Shown here in pieces: positions 1 through 9,760 of a stretch of DNA of 64,000 bases. The position numbers and the translations under genes were made by a program. The stretch covers positions 987 through 64,986 of the forward strand of contig CALBSD010000097.1 of assembly GCA_937927625.1 (NCBI GenBank), written 5' to 3'. Source of the DNA: an uncultured Actinomycetes bacterium (GTDB lineage: Bacteria > Actinomycetota > Acidimicrobiia > Acidimicrobiales > Ilumatobacteraceae). How positions within the stretch are numbered: the stretch's first letter is position 1; each line of letters opens with the position of its first letter. A model generated the notes under the pieces. It did no database searches. It was not told where the DNA came from and saw only the letters and a list, made by a program, of their open reading frames with translations.

Positions 1-78
1 GAAGACGTGCGAGTTCACCCGCAAGGCGAGTTTTTCCTGAACCTGAATTCCCTACAACAGAAACTCGTTGCATTGGCA

Positions 79-3009
79 TCACTTAATGGCTGTTAAGGCC
101 TTCTGCACCAACGCACGTGCTTGCATCGTCTTTGTTTGATACGTGGCGAAGTCTGGTGGATTCTTGGCCAACGCTGCATCGGCTTCTGCGAACAAACGAT
201 CTGCTTGTTGCAACATCTGTTTCGCAGTCAAACCAGAACCTGAAGGAACAGTTGTTGTTGGTGAACCTGGAATTGTTGTTGTCGTTGGGCCGCCAGTGCT
301 TCCACCAACGCGGTCGCCAAGATTCGTACTGAATCCAGGGAACAACTGCGCGATGACATCAGTGAGGCTGTTACCAATGACGGACTTGCCGTTATAGCTA
401 GCCAAAACTTTGCGAACAAAGATCTGCTTTGCATCTGCACTGTCTGGCAACACGAACATCGGACGCAAGTAAATGAGTCCACGCCCAACTGGAACTAACT
501 GCAAGTCTCCGTACTTCACGCGTGATCCGCGCTGGTCCAACGGCGTAATCGTTTGAGAAATTGCAGGCTCGCTCTCGAACTCTGCAGCAACTGTTGCTGG
601 TCCCGGTGGCAACGGAGTTTGCACATCAAACACCGTCAACTTGCCGTATGTCTTCGGATCGCTAGAGACCACCATCATCGAACGAAGTTCCTTACGACTG
701 TCATCAGACGAGAACGGAACGAACGGACGAATCATGGAGAACTCACCCACAGCCGACTGTGCACCTGGTGCATGGAAGATGGAGTAGTACGGACTAAAGC
801 GTGTGCCCAGCGAATCAGTGGCGTTGATGGAATCAACAGCACCAGCACCGGTTGTGACGCCCGAAGCAGATGAACTCGTTCCAGAGGTACTGGCCTCTGG
901 CTCTGATGCTGGCGCCTGCGCCACGCTCCATGCTGCATCACGGTTGAAGAACAACGTGGCGTCATCGAACTGATAGCGGCCAAACAAGTTGGTCTGCACA
1001 CGGAAGAGATCTTCGGGGTACCGGAAGTGTGCCGACAATGCTGCTGGCACTTCCTTCTTGCTGGTGAAGAGCTTGGGGAATGCGGCCTTCCACATGCGTG
1101 CGATGGGGTCCTTCGTATCCATGAGATACAGAGTGACCTTGCCGGAGTAGGCATCCACAACAGCCTTCACGCTGTTACGCACGTAGTTAAACGAATGATT
1201 CAGACCGCTGCTGGCACTCAACTGCGAGATGTTTGCAGTCTCTGCATATGGATAACGATTTGTTGTGGTGAATGCATCAATCACCCACTGCACTCCACCA
1301 TCAACAACGACCGGATATGGATCAGAGTCGAGATGAAGGAACGGTGCAATCTTCGCCACACGAGAACGAACATCACGCTGCAAGAGAATTTGGGAATCAT
1401 TGGTAATCAAGTTTGAACCAAACAAGTTGAATTCGCCGAAGTTGATGGCGAGCGCCAACTTGCGAATCAAGCTATTAAAACGAACACCGCCAGTGCCGGC
1501 GTATGCCTTTGATTCAGTATTTGGGCATGCCTGTTCTTTTTGAGAAGTGTTCACAACGGCGTAGCCATCGAGCCTGTCACCAAAATAAATCTGCGGCTTC
1601 GTAACCTTGAGGTCTACATACGACGGACGGCCATCATCTGTAGCAACACTCGCGGGTGCCGCAATCACACCGCAGCCATGTGTGTACAAAAGGTGACGTG
1701 CCAACCATGTGCGGTTTGGAATACCTGCTGCATTGAGCTCACGAGATGCAACAAGTACCTGCTGCACACGACCATCAATTGAATAGCGATCAACGTCGAG
1801 GTCTGTCACGCCATAGAACGATGAGAGACCTTGGTCGAGCGCAAAACGGTCTTTCATCTGCACGGGGTCAAGCTGGCGAACATCTCGCAATGCGGCATCG
1901 TTTGCCGTCACTTCATCGGCCGTTACTTCACCAAAGGTGCTGGAGACTCGTTCGACTTTGTCAATGCCCATTGCGGCCTTGGTGGCTTCAATGTTGCTTT
2001 GGATGTACGGAATTTCGCGAGTGCTCACGTTTGGCTGAACAACGAATCGCTGAATGACTGCGGGATACACGGTGCCGGCGACGAGCGCTACGACAACCCA
2101 CAAGCCAACTGCCATGACAGGCAAGCGCCAGCCACGCTGACGGATGTTCCACAACAGAAGTGCTGTCACTGCGAGCGAAACAAGGATCATCAAGTTGAGC
2201 GCTGGCAACTGTGCCTTTACATCGGTGTACAACGCACCACGCACCACACCACGTTCTGATGACGTGAGGTCGTACTTCGACAACCAGTAGTTGGCGGCAC
2301 GCAATAGAGCAGCGCCGGCGAGAAGAACAGACAAGTGCACCTTGGCCTGTGGCGTCACACGCTGCACGCGGTCTTGCGGACGAATGCTTCCGTTAATGAA
2401 GTGGAATGCGGTGACGACGATGGTGGCGAGCACCAACATGCCGAATGTCCATGCAACTACAAACTGTGCGAATGGCAAGCGGAATACATAGAAGCCAACA
2501 TTTGCCTTGAACAATGGATCACCGACTGCGAATGCTTGACGGTTGCGGAACATCAACCAGTTCTGCCATTCGCCAGATGCTGGAACACCAAGCATGAGAC
2601 CAATCACAAGTGCAATGGCGATGCGTAATTTGCCACGGCTCTTTGCGGTCGCTTCGCGAATGCGCATCACTGTTTGATCTTCGGGAGTATTCGGCAAGGT
2701 CAACGGCGCAACCTTGTCGGCAATCAGCAAGTTCACAAGCACGAATGCAAAACAACCGAATGCAAAGATTGCGGCAAGTTCAAACTTGCTCCGCATGATT
2801 GCCCAATACACATCGCTGTGACCAACGCTGTCAAACCACAGTACGTTTACATAAAAAGACGAAAGACTTTTCGCTGAGAACGCCAAGAGCAATACAACGC
2901 CGATGATGGCGGAGATGATGATTCGCCCTCGTGAAGGCTTCCCAAAATTGGGAACTCGAAACACTGGCCCTCCCGGGCCACGGGGGGGAAGATCAGAACT
3001 GTTACGCAC
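79..3009 (-). CDS. UPF0182 family integral membrane protein
   Basis: 976-aa ORF. N-terminal multi-TM region (IIISAIIGVVLLLAF, FYVNVLWFDSVGH) plus a large extracytoplasmic domain, typical of actinobacterial UPF0182/COG1615. GTG start lies 12 nt downstream of the preceding gene stop. Thr/Pro-rich linker near the C-terminus. Confidence 0.85.
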   Translation of the reverse strand: MRNSSDLPPRGPGGPVFRVPNFGKPSRGRIIISAIIGVVLLLAFSAKSLSSFYVNVLWFDSVGHSDVYWAIMRSKFELAAIFAFGCFAFVLVNLLIADKVAPLTLPNTPEDQTVMRIREATAKSRGKLRIAIALVIGLMLGVPASGEWQNWLMFRNRQAFAVGDPLFKANVGFYVFRLPFAQFVVAWTFGMLVLATIVVTAFHFINGSIRPQDRVQRVTPQAKVHLSVLLAGAALLRAANYWLSKYDLTSSERGVVRGALYTDVKAQLPALNLMILVSLAVTALLLWNIRQRGWRLPVMAVGLWVVVALVAGTVYPAVIQRFVVQPNVSTREIPYIQSNIEATKAAMGIDKVERVSSTFGEVTADEVTANDAALRDVRQLDPVQMKDRFALDQGLSSFYGVTDLDVDRYSIDGRVQQVLVASRELNAAGIPNRTWLARHLLYTHGCGVIAAPASVATDDGRPSYVDLKVTKPQIYFGDRLDGYAVVNTSQKEQACPNTESKAYAGTGGVRFNSLIRKLALAINFGEFNLFGSNLITNDSQILLQRDVRSRVAKIAPFLHLDSDPYPVVVDGGVQWVIDAFTTTNRYPYAETANISQLSASSGLNHSFNYVRNSVKAVVDAYSGKVTLYLMDTKDPIARMWKAAFPKLFTSKKEVPAALSAHFRYPEDLFRVQTNLFGRYQFDDATLFFNRDAAWSVAQAPASEPEASTSGTSSSASGVTTGAGAVDSINATDSLGTRFSPYYSIFHAPGAQSAVGEFSMIRPFVPFSSDDSRKELRSMMVVSSDPKTYGKLTVFDVQTPLPPGPATVAAEFESEPAISQTITPLDQRGSRVKYGDLQLVPVGRGLIYLRPMFVLPDSADAKQIFVRKVLASYNGKSVIGNSLTDVIAQLFPGFSTNLGDRVGGSTGGPTTTTIPGSPTTTVPSGSGLTAKQMLQQADRLFAEADAALAKNPPDFATYQTKTMQARALVQKALTAIK

Positions 3010-3020
3010 GCATCAGGACG

Positions 3021-5006
3021 CTAGTCCTGAACGGGGCAAACAAGACAGCGGCAACCAGGATGTGCTGGTGGTAATGCGTGCCCTGTCGGGAATTCCTCAC
3101 CCTTTGCAACTGCGCCGGAGAGAGAATTGTCCTCACACTCACTGCAGCATTCAGAGGTTGGGTCGACCATCCAGCTGATGCGTGCATTTGGCTCAAGTGC
3201 CAAGAAGCCACCCTTGCTGTACGACGAGCATGCAATGTCGTCTACTTGCTGGTCGATGAGATCGGTCTTCCATTTGCGGTAGACGTCACGCATGAGGCTC
3301 GCGAGAATCTCACGGTCGCCTTCTGCTTCACCGATGGCAATACGGGTGTCCTCACGGAAGCCTGCAATCAGACCAGCAGTAATTGTGTCCTTCACGTGGG
3401 CAGAGATTGCCTTTTGTGTAACACGGCGACTAGATCCGCCTGAGGCCTTCACCGACTTCGCGCCTGCGCCGGCTGCCGACATGGTGTCCTCGGCGACGGA
3501 GACTGCGTAGCGAGTCGCATGTTCATCGATTGTTCCGAGAATCGCGTCCATCTCCAAGGATGAGCGCTTGCCACGAAGGTGTTCAAGAACATTGTTCTGC
3601 TCATCTGCAAGAACACGCTTCAACTTGCGAGCCATGGTGACAACCAGGCTGGACAAGGCCTCATCACGCTCTGCAAAGCGAGCGGGATCAGCAGCAATGA
3701 TTTCCTGCTTTGGCTTCGACTTTTTCTTGCTGGCCTTCTCAGCCTCAGCAACTGGTTCAGCCGCTTCTACTTTTGCAGCCACGTCAGCCGTGCTGCCCGC
3801 GCGTAGTTTTGCGAAGATGTCATCAACACCCGATGGGGCTTTTGTTGGCCTCGCTTCCACCACAGGAACTTCTGACACTGCTGGTTCTTCGATTTCAACG
3901 ACGATTTCTGGAGCAACTTCAGGAACATCGTTTCCACGACGTCCGCGGCCAAACAACGACACAACGTTTGTTTGCGTTGCATCTGACGGTGCAACTTCTA
4001 CTTCAGGAATTTCAACAGGTTCGTCTTCGTAACGCGACATGCCATGCACTGGATGATCTGCAGAGATCACCGCAGTTTCAATAATTTCTTCAACAGCTTC
4101 TGTAATGACATCTTCGATGACATCAACAATTTCTGGTTCTGAAACCTCGATGATTATTTCACCCGTGATGTCGTTATCCATATCGCCGGCAGTTTCAATA
4201 ACTTGAGCAGTCTCGTGATCAAAAATCACAGTTGTTGTTACTGAGGCTTCAACTGTCTCAACAACTTCGGCCGTCTCATGATCGAACATCTTTGCGGTTG
4301 GATGCTCTGGATTGACAATGGGGATAGGGCCAGTTGTTGGCGACAAATCCACAATGAATTCAGGCTCATCGTGCGCATCTTGCAAACCGTTGATGACGTC
4401 TTCACTTGCAAGTCGAGCACGTTCAAATGCATTCAGCAAACGATCGCGGCCATGCAACAGCTGTTCAATTTGTCCACGTGCTGCATCACGACGGCGTGAC
4501 AATTCCGACAAAACTTTTTCACGGTACGCACGGGCTTCGTTGACCATGTCACGACCCTGCTGCTTTGCCATTTCAATTTCAGCTTCGGCATCATGCGCTG
4601 CGTCTTCGTTAATGCGTGCGGCTTCGATCATGGCTGATTCACGAATACGCGCTGCATCTTCTGCTGCATCTTTTACGAGGCGAGTTGCAGACTCTTCTGC
4701 ACGATCACGAATTTGTGTGCTGGCATCGCGTGCAGTCGAAAGAACTCGAGCTGCTTCTTCACCTAAGAGTGTCGTGACTGTCTCTTCGTCGAGGCGTCCA
4801 GGGGCAGACATGCCACTGGTTTGCATCGTGCGCAATTCGTTCTCAAGGAACCTTTCACGCTCCTGGAGACGAGCAAGCTCCGCGGCAACCATGCGCAGAA
4901 AATCGCGCACTTCGCCTTGGTCGAAACCGCGACGGTTAGTGGGGAACGATGCCGAGCCCACCGCTGCCGGTGAGGATGGGTCGGGACGTGAGAAAGAAAT
5001 AGCCAT
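3021..5006 (-). CDS. DivIVA-domain protein with acidic linker and C-terminal Mu-F/SPP1-gp7-like Cys/His module
   Basis: ATG start preceded by GGAGGGG. N-terminus RRGFDQGEVRDFLRMVAAELARLQERERFLENEL matches the DivIVA motif, followed by coiled-coil and a Glu/Val/Ile-rich linker. C-terminus WMVDPTSECCSECEDNS...PPAHPGCRCLVCP resembles the Phage_Mu_F C-terminal signature. Confidence 0.75.
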   Translation of the reverse strand: MAISFSRPDPSSPAAVGSASFPTNRRGFDQGEVRDFLRMVAAELARLQERERFLENELRTMQTSGMSAPGRLDEETVTTLLGEEAARVLSTARDASTQIRDRAEESATRLVKDAAEDAARIRESAMIEAARINEDAAHDAEAEIEMAKQQGRDMVNEARAYREKVLSELSRRRDAARGQIEQLLHGRDRLLNAFERARLASEDVINGLQDAHDEPEFIVDLSPTTGPIPIVNPEHPTAKMFDHETAEVVETVEASVTTTVIFDHETAQVIETAGDMDNDITGEIIIEVSEPEIVDVIEDVITEAVEEIIETAVISADHPVHGMSRYEDEPVEIPEVEVAPSDATQTNVVSLFGRGRRGNDVPEVAPEIVVEIEEPAVSEVPVVEARPTKAPSGVDDIFAKLRAGSTADVAAKVEAAEPVAEAEKASKKKSKPKQEIIAADPARFAERDEALSSLVVTMARKLKRVLADEQNNVLEHLRGKRSSLEMDAILGTIDEHATRYAVSVAEDTMSAAGAGAKSVKASGGSSRRVTQKAISAHVKDTITAGLIAGFREDTRIAIGEAEGDREILASLMRDVYRKWKTDLIDQQVDDIACSSYSKGGFLALEPNARISWMVDPTSECCSECEDNSLSGAVAKGEEFPTGHALPPAHPGCRCLVCPVQD

Positions 5007-5097
5007 GACCCCTCCACAGTACGGTGCCCTAGGGGGTCAAAAGTGGCATTATCCACAGGCCAGCAGAATCGGGCAAGCCTTGTGCTGAAAGGGTGAA

Positions 5098-6264
5098 CTA
5101 CTTTTTCAGGCTCTTCGGCAGCGGCGCGCCGCCGTTCTTTGCCAGTTGCTTCAACGCCTCATCCAACGTGGCCACCTGAACAATGCGCACCCCGGAACCA
5201 GCAGCGGCTCGAGCAGCCTTCATTTCATCAGAAGACTGACCCGCGGGAACCAGGAACAAGGACGCTCCGGAGTCCCTCACTGCAATGGCCTTTTGCTCGA
5301 GGGCACCGATAGCCCCCACATGCTGCAATTCATCCATGGTGCCGGTCGCAGCAACGCGACCCTTCCCCATCAGATTTCCCGGTGTGAGTTCATCAAGCAA
5401 AGCCAATGTGAAGGCAAGACCTGCAGAGGGGCCGCCGATATCGGTTGTGCTGATGTTCACCTCAAACGGCAGTCGTGTCACACGTGTGTCCGCTGGGATG
5501 AAACCGATGATGGCGCGTTCATCATCAGGGTTCGCCATCAAAGTGACCAGAACATTCTTCGGCTTGCGTGTGGCTGGATCATCTTCCGGAGCGAGATACG
5601 GCAACACGGTCAACTTCACCACGTCGCCCACAGAGTGTTTCTTAATTTCCACTGCCAACTTCGACAGCGTTGGTGTGGCCACACCATCCATATGAGTGAT
5701 TTGCTCCCCCACATGAAGATTCACGCACGCTGAGTTCTCTGCGGGAGCACCTTGACACACCAATTCCTCAATGAGAATGGGCCCTTCTTCGAGTTTTGCG
5801 TCAAGGCCCAATTTGCTCATCGCGACGAATTCAGCAATTTGCTTTGCACCAGTCATCGCTTGGAAACCAAGACGGCGAGATGTTGTTGGAGTCTGCTGAC
5901 CGAAGTGATCACGGTACGTATCGACACGGACATGTGGATCAATCCATCCGAGGATGGAGTCCAACACAGAAAGTTGTCCACCGAAAGCCGTGACAAATCG
6001 AATGCCGTTGTCAGCCACATAACGCTGTGGAACTGCTCCACCTTCATGAGCAGGCATGAATCCAATTCGCGGCGACACTTCCATGGCCTCACCTGGTGCA
6101 AGTTCCCACCGTTGGATGCGCACCGTTGCCATCACCAAAATCGTGAGCAAGATGACCCACGACACAGTGATCAAAGGCAGAGCAACACGCAAGGTGCGAA
6201 TGTCCGCAGGTACTGATGGCGGCGGGAGGGGTACGCTTTCCTCGTTCATGAGTTCTTCGGTCAT
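5098..6264 (-). CDS. PDZ-domain / Lon-like (S16) serine protease, SepM/YlbL-type
   Basis: One TM segment, a PDZ-like region, then a Lon C-terminal-like domain (GPSAGLAFTLALLDEL; KAIAVRDSGASLFLVP). The track start is TTG 6411. I prefer ATG 6264 (MTEELMNEE), which has AGGAG about 10 nt upstream. ATG 6363 is an alternative. Confidence 0.8.
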   Translation of the reverse strand: MTEELMNEESVPLPPPSVPADIRTLRVALPLITVSWVILLTILVMATVRIQRWELAPGEAMEVSPRIGFMPAHEGGAVPQRYVADNGIRFVTAFGGQLSVLDSILGWIDPHVRVDTYRDHFGQQTPTTSRRLGFQAMTGAKQIAEFVAMSKLGLDAKLEEGPILIEELVCQGAPAENSACVNLHVGEQITHMDGVATPTLSKLAVEIKKHSVGDVVKLTVLPYLAPEDDPATRKPKNVLVTLMANPDDERAIIGFIPADTRVTRLPFEVNISTTDIGGPSAGLAFTLALLDELTPGNLMGKGRVAATGTMDELQHVGAIGALEQKAIAVRDSGASLFLVPAGQSSDEMKAARAAAGSGVRIVQVATLDEALKQLAKNGGAPLPKSLKK

Positions 6265-6361
6265 TTCTCTGTCACTCCTGTCGGTGTCGTCAACCGGTAC
6301 TGCGGTGCGTGCCGTATGGGTAGTGGCGTTGGCATTGCTCGCATTATGGATTGTCGACCGC

Positions 6362-6571
6362 ATGAAGCCTGCCACGCCGCGACGCCCTATTCCTGTGCGG
6401 GTCGACAACAAATTGACTCCCCTGTACCGCGAACCCGATCAACAGCAGCGCCGCAAGGCCATTCTGAATTTGTCGGCCGGTGCCCTCATTCTCGGTGCAC
6501 TCATTGCATGCATCGTCGGTTTCATGCTCACCATTGCTCTTGAGCTGGTGGGCGGTCTTCTCAAGGCTTAA
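6362..6571 (+). CDS. Small hypothetical membrane protein (69 aa)
   Basis: This is the ATG-initiated 3' part of the 171-aa track ORF. It has a basic N-terminus and one clear TM helix (LSAGALILGALIACIVGFMLTIALELVGGLL). Its stop lies 3 nt before the HEAT-repeat gene ATG. No clear RBS. Confidence 0.35.
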   Translation: MKPATPRRPIPVRVDNKLTPLYREPDQQQRRKAILNLSAGALILGALIACIVGFMLTIALELVGGLLKA

Positions 6572-6574
6572 GTC

Positions 6575-7165
6575 ATGTTGATTGACCAGCGATTCGCTGT
6601 TATCGAAGCTGGTTTCAACGGCGACATTGCAACAGCCACCGCAGGTCTCACATCTGCGGACGACGCAGTCCGTGCCAGCGCTATTCGTTCCTTGCATCGA
6701 CTCAACGCATTGACGTCAGAACATGTTGCACAAGGAATTGCAGACTCTTCCGCTGAAGTCCGACGCACCACCGTCGAATTCGCTGCGCCATTTCATGATG
6801 TTTCCATTCACCACCTGATGAACGACTCTGATGTCTTTGTTTCGGAAATGACCGCCTGGTGCATCGGTGAGCGTGTCCCTGCAAGTGATGAAGAAGTCGA
6901 AGCATTAATTCTTCAGACAACGACACACGACGAAGCAATTGTTCGTGAAGCATGTGCAGCAGCACTCGGTTCGCTCGGCGATGAACGAGGACTACCGGCC
7001 ATCCTTGCTGCGTGCGACGACAAGCCTGCAGTGCGGCGCCGTGCAGTGCTTGCCCTTGCTCCGTTTGAAGGCGACGAAGTTGATGCGGCCCTCACAAAGG
7101 CTTTGGAAGATCGCGACTGGCAAGTACGTCAGAACGCAGAAATCTTGTTGCACCCTCGCGACTAG
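6575..7165 (+). CDS. HEAT-repeat (PBS-lyase-like) protein
   Basis: Repeated D..VR..A..ALG/L.. units (AEVRRTTVEFA, AIVREACAAALGSLGDERGLPAIL, PAVRRRAVLALAP, DWQVRQNAEILL). ATG start. Confidence 0.7.
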   Translation: MLIDQRFAVIEAGFNGDIATATAGLTSADDAVRASAIRSLHRLNALTSEHVAQGIADSSAEVRRTTVEFAAPFHDVSIHHLMNDSDVFVSEMTAWCIGERVPASDEEVEALILQTTTHDEAIVREACAAALGSLGDERGLPAILAACDDKPAVRRRAVLALAPFEGDEVDAALTKALEDRDWQVRQNAEILLHPRD

Positions 7166-7803
7166 CGCCTCATTTTCTTCAGCGCTGCTACTCGTTTTGT
7201 TTCGCATTTGTCATGCACGAAACATTCTTCAAGATGATCGTTAATCATCCCCATCGATTGCATAAATGAATACATCGTGGTGGGGCCGACAAATTTCCAA
7301 CCGCGCTTTTTTAAATCTTTGGACAACGCAATTGCCGAAGGTGACGTTGTTGACAATCCAGAAGGATGCGACGAATTTCCATCGCGACCTTTGGGTGCAT
7401 CCGGCGCAAAACTCCAGAAATGCTTCGCTATTGAACCTGTGTCTTCGATGAGTTCTAATGCGCGAGCAGCATTGTTAATTGTTGCTTCAATTTTTCCACG
7501 ATGACGAACAATTCCCGCATCACCCATCAACCGATTGATGTCTTTCTCCGTAAAACGCGCAACAGCATCCAAGTCAAAGTTGGCGAAAGCCATGCGAAAA
7601 TTTTCACGCTTTCGAAGAATCGTTAACCAACTCAAACCTGATTGAAATCCTTCGAGACAGACCTTCTCGTACAAACGTTGATCATCAGTGACAGCAAAAC
7701 CCCACTCGGTGTCGTGGTACTTCTGATACGGCACATCCTCGCCCGGCCACCAACAGCGCAACTCACCCTTTGATGTCGGACGCAACCATTCAAGAGAAGA
7801 CAT
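7162..7803 (-). CDS. tag: DNA-3-methyladenine glycosylase I
   Basis: YHDTEWGFAVTDDQRLYEKVCLEGFQSGLSWLTILRKRENFRMAFANFD is the classic Tag core. ATG start. 4-nt convergent overlap with the HEAT gene. Confidence 0.9.
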   Translation of the reverse strand: MSSLEWLRPTSKGELRCWWPGEDVPYQKYHDTEWGFAVTDDQRLYEKVCLEGFQSGLSWLTILRKRENFRMAFANFDLDAVARFTEKDINRLMGDAGIVRHRGKIEATINNAARALELIEDTGSIAKHFWSFAPDAPKGRDGNSSHPSGLSTTSPSAIALSKDLKKRGWKFVGPTTMYSFMQSMGMINDHLEECFVHDKCETKRVAALKKMRR

Positions 7804-7820
7804 GTTCTGAATCCGTTCTG

Positions 7821-8138
7821 TTATCTCTCGAAGTGATTCGAGTACGTCACGGAACCAACTTGAATCGAGTACGAGCTATAGAACTCTTCAATGCCTCGTG
7901 CTCGCGCGGCCACATGTTCAGGATGATCGCGCCATGCATTGTGCGACTCTTGATTTGCGAACGTCACGATCGTCACTCGTTCGCCATCGGCAGATGCGAA
8001 GGTCTTGGAATCGACGAAGCCTGGCATTGCTCGAGCAAGTTCGGCGATGTGTGGAGCCAGAGCGCCATATTCCTCCCCGGCTCCATCAACGAGTCGATTT
8101 CGAAAGATGGTGATGATCTCAGGCTCGCGCGATGTCAT
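7821..8138 (-). CDS. Antibiotic-biosynthesis-monooxygenase (ABM) family protein
   Basis: About 105-aa ferredoxin-like ABM pattern (IITIFRNRL...PGFVDSKTFASADGERVTIVTFANQESHNAWRDHPEH). ATG 8138 preferred over the GTG 8186 track start. Confidence 0.7.
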   Translation of the reverse strand: MTSREPEIITIFRNRLVDGAGEEYGALAPHIAELARAMPGFVDSKTFASADGERVTIVTFANQESHNAWRDHPEHVAARARGIEEFYSSYSIQVGSVTYSNHFER

Positions 8139-8177
8139 GGCTCCAGTGTTCCACGGCTCTCTAGGGTTTCTCCGAGT

Positions 8178-8196
8178 TATTTGCACTAGGCAAATA
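8178..8196. promoter_or_regulatory. 7-5-7 inverted repeat TATTTGC-actag-GCAAATA in the ABM/MFS divergent intergenic region
   Basis: Read directly from the sequence. It lies 17 nt upstream of the MFS ATG 8213. No cognate regulator is adjacent. Confidence 0.3.
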
Positions 8197-8212
8197 GGGC
8201 TACGGTGACCTC

Positions 8213-9751
8213 ATGGCGAAAGAATCCTCAGTCCCCGGCTTTACAAAGACACGACTGGGACTAGTTCTCGGCGCTCTCGCGACGGCCACCATGCTGGCGA
8301 ATCTTGAAACGTCCATCATTGCCACGGCGCTTCCCAAAATTGTTGGTGACTTCAACTCTTTTGAAAGTTTTGCGTGGGTCGGCACCGCATACATCGTCAC
8401 CTCCGCCATCTCTACTCCGCTCTTAGGAAAGTTGTCGGACCTCTACGGTCGTCGCCGCATCTTTCAAATGACGATGTTCATCTTCCTCGTTGGATCATTC
8501 CTCTGTGGCGCCGCAGGTTCGATGGGGCAGCTCATTGCAGCACGAGCATTCCAGGGACTTGGAGGCGGAGGTATCCAAGCGCTCTCATTTGCTGTCATCG
8601 GCGACATCATCCCGCCACGTGATCGCGGTCGATACATCGGCTACTTCACACTTGCGTTTGTCGGCTCGGCACTTCTCGGACCACTTGTTGGTGGCTTCAT
8701 CATTGACCACTACTCATGGAAGTGGATCTTCTGGATCAATGTTCCATTCATTCTCATCGTTGGCACGGTTACACATTTCGCTCTCAAGCTTCCGTTTAAG
8801 CGAAAAGAAGCAAAACTCGATTTTGCAGGAGCAGGGCTTCTCTCATTCACCATCGCTTCATTGATGATTGGCTTGGAACAGGGACGCAACGGCTGGACAG
8901 AGACGAATGTTCTCGTTCTGTTTGGACTCGCAATCATTGGTCTTCTCGGCTTTATCTACGTTGAACAACGTGCAACTGAGCCAATGATTCCGTTGCGTTT
9001 GTTCTCCAACAAAGTGGTGTTCCGTAGCGCAATGTTGGGCATGTGTGCCGGAACAATCGTGTACGGATCAGGTTCTTTCTTGTCGTTGTATTTCCAGGAT
9101 TCATTATTTGTGTCTCCCACAAACTCAGGACTTCGAAGCCTTCCGCAGATGATTGGCGTAACTGCTGCAACCTTTGGCGTGGGCCGTCTCATCGCGAAGA
9201 CAGGTCGCTACAAACCATTCCCCATTATCGGATCAGTACTTGCAACGCTTGCGTTACTTGCAATCGCGCAAATTAACGGCAATACGAATTACATGTTCCT
9301 TGTAGTCCCCATGATCTTTATGGGATTCGGATCAGCATCAATTTTCACTTCGACTTCCATTGCAAGCCAGAACGGTGTGGAGTTTCATGACCTCGGCGTT
9401 GCGACAGCAACGGTGATGTTCTTTAGGTCTCTTGGCGGTTCTTTCGGTCTAGCCATCTTTGGCACCATTCTGAACTCCACCATTCGCCATGAAATTCCTG
9501 CACGCGTTGCGAACATTGCTGCAGCCGATGCATCCAAATTGATTCGTTCTCCACAGAAAATTCAGGAGTTGGCAGACATTCCTCGTCATGCCGTCGTCGA
9601 CAGCATTGCATTGGGCGTGAGCCGTATCTATTGGTGCTGTGCGGCAATCATGGTGATTGGTTTCATCCTTGCCCTCTTGCTTCCAGAGATTCCGTTGAAG
9701 CAGCGCGCCGGACTTTCAGATGCTTTAGAGGACACCGCTCCCGCTCACTAA
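8213..9751 (+). CDS. MFS transporter, DHA2 (EmrB/QacA-like, 14-TM) family
   Basis: 512 aa and many TM helices. MFS motif GKLSDLYGRRRIF. Length and topology are typical of DHA2 drug:H+ antiporters. Confidence 0.9.
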   Translation: MAKESSVPGFTKTRLGLVLGALATATMLANLETSIIATALPKIVGDFNSFESFAWVGTAYIVTSAISTPLLGKLSDLYGRRRIFQMTMFIFLVGSFLCGAAGSMGQLIAARAFQGLGGGGIQALSFAVIGDIIPPRDRGRYIGYFTLAFVGSALLGPLVGGFIIDHYSWKWIFWINVPFILIVGTVTHFALKLPFKRKEAKLDFAGAGLLSFTIASLMIGLEQGRNGWTETNVLVLFGLAIIGLLGFIYVEQRATEPMIPLRLFSNKVVFRSAMLGMCAGTIVYGSGSFLSLYFQDSLFVSPTNSGLRSLPQMIGVTAATFGVGRLIAKTGRYKPFPIIGSVLATLALLAIAQINGNTNYMFLVVPMIFMGFGSASIFTSTSIASQNGVEFHDLGVATATVMFFRSLGGSFGLAIFGTILNSTIRHEIPARVANIAAADASKLIRSPQKIQELADIPRHAVVDSIALGVSRIYWCCAAIMVIGFILALLLPEIPLKQRAGLSDALEDTAPAH

Positions 9752-9760
9752 TTGATGTGC

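Noticed and set aside
1-78. Possible gene fragment or terminator at the extreme left edge.
   Set aside because: It is too short to evaluate, and I saw no convincing hairpin or ORF.
4312-5088. 258-aa + strand ORF, plus 3568..4032 and 3710..4084, antisense to the DivIVA-like gene.
   Set aside because: The translations are Ser/Arg/Ala-rich and low-complexity, as is typical of antisense frames of GC-skewed coiled-coil genes. The sense ORF has clear DivIVA motifs and a strong RBS.
6056-6361. 5' two-thirds of the 171-aa + ORF 6056..6571, antisense to the PDZ protease gene.
   Set aside because: It overlaps the well-supported protease coding region. Only the ATG-initiated 3' part (6362..6571), with a clean TM helix, is retained, at low confidence.
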